From contig JAMBLJ010000036.1 of NCBI GenBank assembly GCA_023336815.1, positions 13,991 to 77,990 on the forward strand: a DNA stretch of 64,000 nt, in the 5' to 3' direction. Both the position numbers and the translations under genes were made by a program. The notes beneath the pieces were generated by a model, which did no database searches, had not been told where the DNA came from, and saw only the letters and a list, made by a program, of their open reading frames with translations. This document shows, in pieces, positions 12,126 through 19,767 of this stretch. Numbering within the stretch: position 1 is the stretch's first letter; each line of letters opens with the position of its first letter. Source of the DNA: Actinomycetes bacterium. GTDB lineage: Bacteria; Actinomycetota; Acidimicrobiia; Spongiisociales; UBA5794.

Positions 12126-12212
12126 GCCCGGGTGGCGAAATCGGCAGACGCGGCGGACTTAAAATCCGCTATCCGAAAGGATGTGTGGGTTCAAGTCCCG
12201 CCCCGGGCACCA
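12126..12212 (+). tRNA. tRNA-Leu (anticodon UAA)
   Basis: 87 nt incl. CCA; acceptor stem GCCCGGG/CCCGGGC, D-arm GCG..CGC, anticodon stem GCGGA/TCCGC with loop CTTAAAA (anticodon TAA), long class-II variable arm, T-arm GGTTCAAGTCC, discriminator A + CCA. Confidence 0.9.
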
Positions 12213-12234
12213 TGTTTCTGGCGAGATGGCACTG

Positions 12235-12591
12235 TCACGACGCGGGCACTCCGAGAAGGTCTCGTTTCGCCGCGAGGTACACCTCATCGGTGAGGTTCCC
12301 ATCGCTGTGCTCTGCATGGAGACGCTCGATCTCGGACACGAGGATGGAAGAGTGATCGACCGTGTGACGGATGCCTTTCCCGTACGGCGGTCTGATCGGG
12401 CGTACGGCGAAGTAGATCAACACTCCGACGTGTCCTGTGAAGATGACAAGCGCAGCCCACATCGCCTTCTTGATGATCGGAAGGTCGCGACGTCGTGTCA
12501 GGTCGATGAACGATGCAGCCCAGAGCAAGAAGATGGTGCCGCTGATGGCTATCGCCAGAAGAAACTCGACAGACACTCCGAAGACTTTCAT
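12235..12591 (-). CDS. small membrane protein, PLDc_N (phospholipase-D/nuclease N-terminal) domain + C-terminal SHOCT domain
   Basis: Two TM helices with conserved PLDc_N-like IDL..RR.....KA.WA..V...P..G...Y pattern; C-terminal SHOCT-like helix pair LHAEHSDGNLTDEVYLAAKRDLLG. Confidence 0.65.
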   Translation of the reverse strand: MKVFGVSVEFLLAIAISGTIFLLWAASFIDLTRRRDLPIIKKAMWAALVIFTGHVGVLIYFAVRPIRPPYGKGIRHTVDHSSILVSEIERLHAEHSDGNLTDEVYLAAKRDLLGVPAS

Positions 12592-12593
12592 GA

Positions 12594-12944
12594 TCAGCCC
12601 AGGATCCTTGTCTTCATGGTCGAAAATTCTTCATCTGTGATGGCACCGGAGTCGTGGAGGTCCGACAGCTTCTGTATCTGGGCGATTCGTTCATCGCTGA
12701 GCGTTGCTGCCTGTTCCTCTGCATAACGGGTGGCCGGATCCATTGGCATGGCAGTGTCATCGGGTCTCGTGATGAAGTAGAAGACCATTCCAAGGAGGGG
12801 AAGAAAGACGACAGCGATGGCCCAAAGTGCCTTGGCAAGTCCCGAGACGTCGTCGCGTCGTGCTAGGTCGATGAGGGTGAACACCCACAGGATCGTGAGT
12901 GGAACGAAGATGAGGAACAGGAAGAACAGATTCCAAAACGTCAT
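12594..12944 (-). CDS. small membrane protein, PLDc_N + SHOCT domain (tandem paralog)
   Basis: Same architecture as neighbour (LIDLARRDD...KALWAIAVVFLPLLGMVFYFITRP; C-terminal KLSDLHDSGAITDEEFSTMKTRILG); likely start MTFWNLFF at 12944 (ORF track 12977). Confidence 0.65.
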   Translation of the reverse strand: MTFWNLFFLFLIFVPLTILWVFTLIDLARRDDVSGLAKALWAIAVVFLPLLGMVFYFITRPDDTAMPMDPATRYAEEQAATLSDERIAQIQKLSDLHDSGAITDEEFSTMKTRILG

Positions 12945-12988
12945 GCGCCCTCCAGGTTGAGATCTTTCGCTCCCCATCGTACATCCGG

Positions 12989-14497
12989 GTGTGGGCGAGC
13001 GTAGGCAATCCCTTTACTCACGGACGCTGCGTGCCGAAAGAGTGTCATGGTGCATCCTCCTCACCGCTCATGCTGATTCTCGCCGCTCTCGCTGGATTGA
13101 CCGTTGTCAGCGCTGCGGTGCTGGGCTTCGTGTACCTCAAGCGACGCAGCTCCGATAGGCGGCTCGGCTATCTAGCCCAGTACGACCAACTCACAGGCCT
13201 CATCAATCGAACCCTCTTCCAGGACAGACTCAATAGCGCCATAGCGCGCGCCCGGAGAGAAGGTGGACTCGTCACCGTCATGTTCCTGGACATCGATGGG
13301 TTCAAGGACGTCAACGATCGCTTTGGCCATGCGATCGGAGACGAACTCCTCAGACAGATCTCGTCTCGCCTCGTTGCCTGCTTGCGTGAAACGGATACGG
13401 TCGCCCGTCTTGGTGGGGACGAATTCACCGTGATCCTTGAGGGCGGGCAGCGTGTTGAGGACGCAGGGCAGGTTGCCACGAAGATCCTCAAGACGATCGG
13501 GACGCCGTATCAGATCGGGAACAGGGAAGTTGTCATCACGACGTCGATCGGGATCGCCGTGTATCCCCTCGATGGCGATACATATCAGGATCTCGTGAAG
13601 GGTGCTGACACGGCAATGTACCAATCGAAGGCAGCCGGGAGGAACACTTACCAGTACTTCACACGAGCCCTTCGAGACCGCACATCGGATCGCATGGCGA
13701 TCATGGAGGATCTCAGAACCGCCATCGACGCTGGCGATCAGTTGCGTATCGAGTACCAGCCAAAAGTCGATATCGCCAGAGGTGTCGTCGTGGGTCTCGA
13801 GGCGCTGATTCGTTGGGAGCACCCGGAACGGGGTCGAATGATGCCAGGCCAGTTCATTCCTCTCGCTGAAGAATCAGACATGATCATCACCATGAGCGAG
13901 TGGCTCATCAACGAAGCGTGTCTCGACATGCGCTCGTGGATCGATAAGGGCATGAGACCCATGCGTGTTGCCGTGAACTCATCGGACAGGCTCTTTCGTG
14001 ATGCCAATCTCGTTGAGATGATCGCTATCGCACTCGCCGCTGCCGACCTCGATCCCAGACACTTCGAGGTCGAGGTGACTGAGCGAACCCTAACCCAGGA
14101 ATCAGAGCGTGCAGGGCGGGCGATAGAGAGACTCGCTGACATGGGTGTCAAGGTGTCGATCGATGACTTCGGCACGGGATATTCGTCGCTTCGTCAGATC
14201 CAGAGTCTGCCGATCGGGGCCCTCAAGATCGATGACTCATTCGTCCGAGAGGCCAACCGGCGGCCGGAATCAGTTGCGATCGCTGACTCGATCATCTCCA
14301 TAGCTCGATGTTTCGATCTCGAGGTGATCGCTGAGGGTGTAGAGACCCAGGAGGAGCTTTCGACGATGCGTGCTCTCGGTTGTAATCGGGTGCAGGGGTA
14401 TCTTGTGGCCAAGCCTCTTCCTTCTTCGGACGTACTTGCGTTCGTTGAGAGCTACGACAAGACGCTGTCCTTCCAGCCTGTCGACCGGGCCGAGTAG
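12989..14497 (+). CDS. membrane-anchored GGDEF-EAL protein (diguanylate cyclase/phosphodiesterase)
   Basis: Single N-terminal TM helix (LMLILAALAGLTVVSAAVLGF), GGDEF motif RLGGDEFTVIL with RxxD-like I-site region, EAL domain with EALIRWEHPERG and DDFGTGYSSL; true start may be the in-frame ATG at 13070. Confidence 0.88.
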   Translation: MWASVGNPFTHGRCVPKECHGASSSPLMLILAALAGLTVVSAAVLGFVYLKRRSSDRRLGYLAQYDQLTGLINRTLFQDRLNSAIARARREGGLVTVMFLDIDGFKDVNDRFGHAIGDELLRQISSRLVACLRETDTVARLGGDEFTVILEGGQRVEDAGQVATKILKTIGTPYQIGNREVVITTSIGIAVYPLDGDTYQDLVKGADTAMYQSKAAGRNTYQYFTRALRDRTSDRMAIMEDLRTAIDAGDQLRIEYQPKVDIARGVVVGLEALIRWEHPERGRMMPGQFIPLAEESDMIITMSEWLINEACLDMRSWIDKGMRPMRVAVNSSDRLFRDANLVEMIAIALAAADLDPRHFEVEVTERTLTQESERAGRAIERLADMGVKVSIDDFGTGYSSLRQIQSLPIGALKIDDSFVREANRRPESVAIADSIISIARCFDLEVIAEGVETQEELSTMRALGCNRVQGYLVAKPLPSSDVLAFVESYDKTLSFQPVDRAE

Positions 14498-14561
14498 AAC
14501 GATTCCCTGGAGTACGGGGTATCGTTCCCGAACCCCAACCCCTGTACCAAAGGCAACGCGC

Positions 14562-16154
14562 ATGCTCCTTGTTCGAAATGTCACCATCGAAGCTGGTGCC
14601 CGCACCCTTCTCAGCGATGTTTCCTTCAGTGTGCAGAAGGGCGACAAAGTTGGGCTGGTCGGTCCCAATGGCGCTGGAAAGACCACTCTGATGCGTGTCC
14701 TCGCCGAAGGCGGGCAGCCGAAAGTTGGCAACGTCACACGTGCGGGCAAGATCGGGTACCTCGCCCAGGAGGTACCCATTGCTGAGGTCGACGATGAGTC
14801 GGCACTCGAACGGATACTGACGGCACGTGACATCGGTGCGATAGAGCGCACGATGGAGGCAACCCGTCTTGCGATGGAGGATGCAACCGACGAAGAACGT
14901 GATCGCCTCATCCATCGTTTTTCTCGCCTCGACGACGAGTTCACATCGAAGGGCGGGTACGTGGCCAAGGCTGAGGCGAAGCGCTTCGCAGCAGGGTTAG
15001 GCATCGGTATGGGTGAACTCGATCAGCCGGTAGCAACGATGTCGGGGGGCCAGCGCAGACGTGTCGAACTCGCACGCATCCTGTTCGCCGACACGGAGAC
15101 GCTGATCCTGGATGAGCCGACCAACCATCTGGACCTCGACGCAAAGGCTTGGCTGATGCAGTTCCTTGCGGACTATTCGGGAGGGGTGCTGCTTGTGAGC
15201 CATGACCTCCCGTTGCTCGATGCGGCGATCACATCGGTGCTTGCCGCCGGTGATGGGACGGTCGAGCCGTATCGGGGCAACTACTCGTTCTACGTGACCG
15301 AGCGCGAGCGTCGCCATGAACAACGTCTGGCAGAACGAAAGCGTCAAGATGCTGAGATCGCTCGACTCGAAGAGGGGATCCGACGGTTCAAAGGTTCAAC
15401 AGCCAAGATGGCGCGACGAGCGAGTTCGTGGGAGACGCGGGTGGAGCGTATGCAGGCAGGGCTCGTCGAGACAGCCAGGGAGAACCGTGCGATCAATGTA
15501 ACTTTCCCTCAGCCGGAACCATCGGGCAAGATTCCGTTGCGAGCGGAAAACCTTGCCAAGGCGTATGGGCACAATGTGGTGTTCGTTGACGTCGACGTGA
15601 TCATCGACCGGGGCGATCGGCTGATCATCATGGGACTCAACGGTGCAGGCAAGACCACCCTCCTGCGCATCCTTGCTGGCGTCGAGACACCCGACCTCGG
15701 TGAGGTCGACATCGGCTATCGGGTTTCTGTTGGGTACTACGCACAAGAGCACGAGGACATCCATCCAACCCGTAGTGTGCTTGAACACATGAAGGAGGTC
15801 TCAGGGCTTCCCGATCGTGAATTGCGGGGGATACTTGGACTCTTTCTCCTTGCAGACAAGATCGATCAGGAGGCTGGCACATTGTCAGGTGGGGAGCGCA
15901 CGAAGCTCGCACTGGCGAGAATCGTCGTTGGCAGACACAACGTGCTGCTCCTCGATGAGCCGACCAACAACCTCGATCCGCAGGCGAAAGAGGCACTTCT
16001 CATGGCACTCCAACGATACGAGGGGACCGTCATCCTTGTGAGCCACGATGCCCATTTCGTGGCGCAGCTCGGGCCCACGAGAGCGATCATCATGCCCGAT
16101 GGCGATGCCGACTATTTCGATCAATCGATGCTGGAGCTCGTATCGCTGGCGTGA
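14562..16154 (+). CDS. ABC-F family ATPase (tandem ABC domains, no TM domain)
   Basis: ATG at 14562 (ORF track start 14370 overlaps GGDEF-EAL gene); two Walker A motifs GPNGAGKTTL and GLNGAGKTTL, two LSGG signature motifs (MSGGQRRRV, LSGGERTKL), linker between domains. Confidence 0.9.
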   Translation: MLLVRNVTIEAGARTLLSDVSFSVQKGDKVGLVGPNGAGKTTLMRVLAEGGQPKVGNVTRAGKIGYLAQEVPIAEVDDESALERILTARDIGAIERTMEATRLAMEDATDEERDRLIHRFSRLDDEFTSKGGYVAKAEAKRFAAGLGIGMGELDQPVATMSGGQRRRVELARILFADTETLILDEPTNHLDLDAKAWLMQFLADYSGGVLLVSHDLPLLDAAITSVLAAGDGTVEPYRGNYSFYVTERERRHEQRLAERKRQDAEIARLEEGIRRFKGSTAKMARRASSWETRVERMQAGLVETARENRAINVTFPQPEPSGKIPLRAENLAKAYGHNVVFVDVDVIIDRGDRLIIMGLNGAGKTTLLRILAGVETPDLGEVDIGYRVSVGYYAQEHEDIHPTRSVLEHMKEVSGLPDRELRGILGLFLLADKIDQEAGTLSGGERTKLALARIVVGRHNVLLLDEPTNNLDPQAKEALLMALQRYEGTVILVSHDAHFVAQLGPTRAIIMPDGDADYFDQSMLELVSLA

Positions 16155-16168
16155 TCGGTAGGTGACCT

Positions 16169-16750
16169 TCAGCTCTGTGGTTCGGTGCGGCTGACAACCT
16201 CGATCCCATCATCCCTAAGTGTTGCTTGAACGCTCCACACCTTGAGGTTCGACGAGAACAGGACAGCAATAGAGGTGTCGTCAGCTGATCGCGTGTCGGC
16301 TACGAAACCTGGAGAGGGTGTTGCCCAGAGCAAGATGAGATCGCCGTGCATGACAACGAACGCCGCCTTACCTCCTTCTACGGTGGCTATGCGCACAGTC
16401 CCCACCTCATCAGGATCATCAAGGTTGACACTCCGTAGATCCTCGGGATCTGCGGTGCTCCCCCCGGTCGCATCCGGCTCTTGTGAGCCGGGCTCGACTG
16501 TGTCGCTCCCGTCGGTGGACTCACCGGTGGTCGAATCGAGGCCGCCGGAGGCTTGGGGCTCGAAATCTACAGACGAGTCCACTTGCACGACAGGGAGCGC
16601 TGCAACCTCTGCAGCAGTGAGTGGTCTCAGGGGACGGTCAAGAACCTGCCCACCCGCTACCGTCACTGCGCCAGAGGCGACAAGTACCGAGCCGACGGCT
16701 GCTGTAACCCAGCCGGCGACCAGGAGGAGTCTCTGCCGCATTGATGCCAT
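16169..16750 (-). CDS. hypothetical secreted/membrane-anchored acidic protein
   Basis: N-terminal hydrophobic signal/anchor LLLVAGWVTAAVGSVLVASGAV, Asp/Glu/Thr/Gly-rich low-complexity linker, C-terminal globular part; divergent from two-component system; alternative + strand ORF 16242..16772 lacks such features. Confidence 0.45.
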   Translation of the reverse strand: MASMRQRLLLVAGWVTAAVGSVLVASGAVTVAGGQVLDRPLRPLTAAEVAALPVVQVDSSVDFEPQASGGLDSTTGESTDGSDTVEPGSQEPDATGGSTADPEDLRSVNLDDPDEVGTVRIATVEGGKAAFVVMHGDLILLWATPSPGFVADTRSADDTSIAVLFSSNLKVWSVQATLRDDGIEVVSRTEPQS

Positions 16751-16831
16751 CGTGCAGTCCCTCGGGTTGTGACGTTTCCAACAGGATGTTAAGGAGTTGC
16801 TAAGGCGTCCACCATCTGTTTAATTGTTCGT

Positions 16832-17512
16832 ATGGCTTCAGTTGTGATCATCGAAGACGACCAGCGTATCCGTGAACTCATGGCGCATGTTCTCGCTGGA
16901 AAGGGATACGAGGTCGAGGGCGCTGCAACAGCGCTCGATGGTCTCCAACGGATCGTTGCTACCTCCCCGGACGTGGTTGTGTTGGATATGGGTCTGCCCG
17001 ATCTCGATGGAGCTGAGTTGCTGAAGATGATCAGAGCAGTCACAGATGTGCCCGTCATCGTTGCTACAGCGAGGAGCGAGGACACAGACGTGATCCGCAC
17101 GCTTGACGCAGGTGCGGATGACTACCTCGTGAAGCCGTTCTCGGTCGAGCAACTCGAGGCGCGTTTGCGAGCAGTTCTCAGACGATCAGCGAGCAATGGT
17201 GCGGCACCCGCCATCATCGTTGGTGATCTACGGATCGATTCCGGTTCTCGCATCGCGACGCTCGAGAACACAGCGTTGCAGCTGAGCCCCAAGGAGTTCG
17301 ATCTCCTCGTGTATCTCGCCGAACGTGTGGGTATCGTCGTCTCAAAGCGCCAGCTCATGGCCGAGGTCTGGCGTCAGCCGTACGGCGGTTCAGAGAAGAC
17401 CGTCGATGTACACATCTCCTGGTTGCGTAAGAAACTGGGAGAGACCGCGGCGGCACCCCGGTATCTCGAGACCGTGTATGGGGTGGGCATCAAACTTATC
17501 GACCCTACATGA
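16832..17512 (+). CDS. OmpR-family two-component response regulator
   Basis: Receiver domain (IIEDDQRIRELM..., conserved D in VVVLDMGLPDLDG, K in DYLVKPF) plus winged-helix trans_reg_C (LSPKEFDLLVYLAERVGIVVSKRQL...YGVGIKL). Confidence 0.92.
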   Translation: MASVVIIEDDQRIRELMAHVLAGKGYEVEGAATALDGLQRIVATSPDVVVLDMGLPDLDGAELLKMIRAVTDVPVIVATARSEDTDVIRTLDAGADDYLVKPFSVEQLEARLRAVLRRSASNGAAPAIIVGDLRIDSGSRIATLENTALQLSPKEFDLLVYLAERVGIVVSKRQLMAEVWRQPYGGSEKTVDVHISWLRKKLGETAAAPRYLETVYGVGIKLIDPT

Positions 17513-18822
17513 GAAAGCGGCTCGCTCTCTTGAGTCTTGCCGTGGCATCGCTCGTCGTGGTTGCGTTTCTTGTACCCGTTGCTGTTCTCATCAGGAACCA
17601 GGCACAGACAAGGGCGCTGTCCGGTGCAGAACGTGATGCACAGTCCGTGGCTGCGGTGCTGGCGGTATCGGGTGGTGCGAACACGGGCGGTGATATCAGC
17701 ACACGTCTCGTGGAGACCGTTCTCGACGCGTTCGGCAACCCCATCGGTCTCAGCATCATCTTCTCCGAGTCGCGGGTTGTCGGAGCTCCGGTGAGCTGGT
17801 CATCCAACATAGAACAAGCACAGAGGGGGGCGGCCTTCGCTGCGAAATCCGACGGCGGCGCCGAGGTTCTGGTTCCCGTACTCGTACCCGACTCACCGGG
17901 ACCCAGTGGAACGATCGTCGTCCGTGCGTTCGTGACCGATGCCGAGCTGACGGCCGGTGTACCCCTTGCATGGGCGATGCTCGGCGGTCTTGGTGTTTTT
18001 CTCATCGCCGTTGCGATGTTCGCGGCCGACCGACTCGGGCGATCGGTTGTGAGGCCTGTCACTGAACTGTCGGACGCAGCGCATCGCTGGGGTGAAGGGG
18101 ATCTGGATGTTCGCGTGACCCCTGGTGGACCTGATGAGATAGCTGAAGTGGGCCAGGCGTTCAACACGCTCGCTGGACGCCTCGATTCCCTTCTCGTGGC
18201 GGAGCGGGAATCGGTCGCGGATTTGTCCCATCGGCTGAGGACACCCCTCACAGCGCTGCGGCTCCAGGCAGAGATGCTGTCCGATCCGATGGAGAGTGTT
18301 CAGCTCAAGGCCGACATCGATGATCTCGAACGAGCTGTTGATGACCTCATCCAGGCGGCACGATCGCGTTCGGTGAGAGCCTCACCCGTTGAAATGGTCG
18401 ACCTGGGAGAGGTGGTCACCCACAGAGCTGGCTTCTGGCGCATCCTTGCCGAGGAGCAGAACCGGCCAACATCGGTCACGATCGAGGAAGGTGATCATCC
18501 CGTTTCGCTTGCTCGCTCAGATCTCGGAGCTCTCGTTGACGTTCTCATCGAGAACGTTTTTGCCCATACGCCTGTCGGCGTTGGGTACAGGCTCGACGTT
18601 CGGAATCGAGGTATCGGCGGCCAGGCTTTCACCGTGTCCGACGATGGTCCAGGCTTTAGCGACATCAACGTGATGACGAGAGGGAAGAGCGGAGCGGGTG
18701 GTACCGGTCTCGGTCTCGACATCGTGGTGCGGACGGCGGAACGCACAGGTGGCACGATCCGTGTCGGCACATCCGCAACGGGTGGCGCGGAGATCGAGAT
18801 CGCCTTCGGAGCAGCGGGTTGA
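17509..18822 (+). CDS. sensor histidine kinase (TM-HAMP-HisKA-HATPase_c)
   Basis: ATGA overlap with regulator stop; two TM helices flanking a periplasmic loop, HAMP, H-box LSHRLRTPLTAL, G-boxes DDGPGF and GTGLGLDIV. Confidence 0.9.
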   Translation: MRKRLALLSLAVASLVVVAFLVPVAVLIRNQAQTRALSGAERDAQSVAAVLAVSGGANTGGDISTRLVETVLDAFGNPIGLSIIFSESRVVGAPVSWSSNIEQAQRGAAFAAKSDGGAEVLVPVLVPDSPGPSGTIVVRAFVTDAELTAGVPLAWAMLGGLGVFLIAVAMFAADRLGRSVVRPVTELSDAAHRWGEGDLDVRVTPGGPDEIAEVGQAFNTLAGRLDSLLVAERESVADLSHRLRTPLTALRLQAEMLSDPMESVQLKADIDDLERAVDDLIQAARSRSVRASPVEMVDLGEVVTHRAGFWRILAEEQNRPTSVTIEEGDHPVSLARSDLGALVDVLIENVFAHTPVGVGYRLDVRNRGIGGQAFTVSDDGPGFSDINVMTRGKSGAGGTGLGLDIVVRTAERTGGTIRVGTSATGGAEIEIAFGAAG

Positions 18823-18834
18823 GCGGTCTGTGAC

Positions 18835-19179
18835 TCAGGCCTGACTCACCAGTTCTGCGGGGTCCAGGAACCGGGCGAGGTCCTCCAGGGCCTCGGCTGA
18901 TACGGAGAAGTACGCCCACTTGCCGCGCTGTTCTCTGTTGAGGAGACCTGCGTCGGTGAGCACCTTGAGGTGATGGCTCACGGTCGGCTGGCTCACGTGG
19001 AGAGGTTCGGTGAGATCACACGCACATTGCTGTTCCTGTGAAGCAACGAGGCTGAACAGTCGCAAACGTGTCGGATCGGCAAGCGCCTTGAGTCTTGTGG
19101 CCATCTCGAGGGCATCCGCTTCGCTGAGCGGTTCACAACATACGGGGGAGCAGCAGGCGTCCATGCGATGAGTATACAT
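18835..19179 (-). CDS. ArsR/SmtB-family metalloregulator (CadC/ArsR-like, alpha3N-type Cys site)
   Basis: HTH_5 core LADPTRLRLFSLVA...CACDL...SQPTVSHHLKVLTDAGLL; CAC in alpha3 (cf. ELCVCDL) plus N-terminal Cys cluster CCSPVCC as in CadC-type thiol metal sites. Confidence 0.8.
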   Translation of the reverse strand: MYTHRMDACCSPVCCEPLSEADALEMATRLKALADPTRLRLFSLVASQEQQCACDLTEPLHVSQPTVSHHLKVLTDAGLLNREQRGKWAYFSVSAEALEDLARFLDPAELVSQA

Positions 19180-19182
19180 TTC

Positions 19183-19233
19183 ACATAGACAACTGTCTAT
19201 GTTCGGTTATAGTCGTATCGACAGATGTCTATA
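19183..19233. promoter_or_regulatory. two operator-like inverted repeats in the divergent arsR-like/VOC intergenic region
   Basis: Perfect 9-2-9 palindrome ACATAGACA-AC-TGTCTATGT (19183-19202) and related imperfect copy TATCGACA-GA-TGTCTATA (19216-19233), centres ~32 bp apart; followed by AAGGAG RBS for the + gene. Confidence 0.55.
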
Positions 19234-19248
19234 TAAAGGAGCGATGTC

Positions 19249-19674
19249 ATGTCACAAGCCGAAGTCCCAACCACGGGAAGGGTGCAGCTAGCACTCAACG
19301 TCACGGATCTCGAATCATCCGTTGATTTCTACACGAAGCTGCTTGGTGTTCCCCCAGTGAAAGAGAAGCCGGGATACGCGAACTTTGCCGTTGCAGTCCC
19401 ACCTCTGAAACTCGTCCTGTTCGAGTCGAGCGATGGGGGCACGATCAACCATCTTGGCGTTGAGGTATCTGACACCGCTGCAGTGGGTCGAGCGATCGAA
19501 CGACTAGAAGACGCGAAACTGACGACGGAAACCGAAGCCGAAGTTTCGTGCTGCTATGCCAAACAGGACAAGGTGTGGGCAACGGGTCCTGATGGCGAGA
19601 AGTGGGAGTATTACACGGTTCTCGAGGCGACCCCGGACCAACAACAGGCATCAGAGGTGGCGTGCTGCGCTTGA
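19249..19674 (+). CDS. VOC (glyoxalase/bleomycin-resistance/dioxygenase) family protein, CadI/ArsI-like
   Basis: 141 aa; VOC fold pattern (RVQLALNVTDLESSVDFYTKLLG, INHLGVEVSD); vicinal cysteines CCY mid-protein and C-terminal VACCA; divergent from ArsR-type regulator as for cadI/arsI. Confidence 0.6.
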   Translation: MSQAEVPTTGRVQLALNVTDLESSVDFYTKLLGVPPVKEKPGYANFAVAVPPLKLVLFESSDGGTINHLGVEVSDTAAVGRAIERLEDAKLTTETEAEVSCCYAKQDKVWATGPDGEKWEYYTVLEATPDQQQASEVACCA

Positions 19675-19710
19675 TCTCCTGCCCACTCGTCGAAACGTTT
19701 CCTGTGCCCT

Positions 19711-19740
19711 CGATTCCACGGGGGCACAGGGAGGTGCCAG
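19711..19740 (+). terminator. GC-rich hairpin downstream of VOC gene
   Basis: CCTGTGCCC (19711-19719) / GGGCACAGG (19732-19740) 9-bp perfect stem, 12-nt loop; no U-tract (common in high-GC actinobacteria). Confidence 0.35.
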
Positions 19741-19767
19741 AATCGGGGTTGTAGCGAAAGAGAGCAC

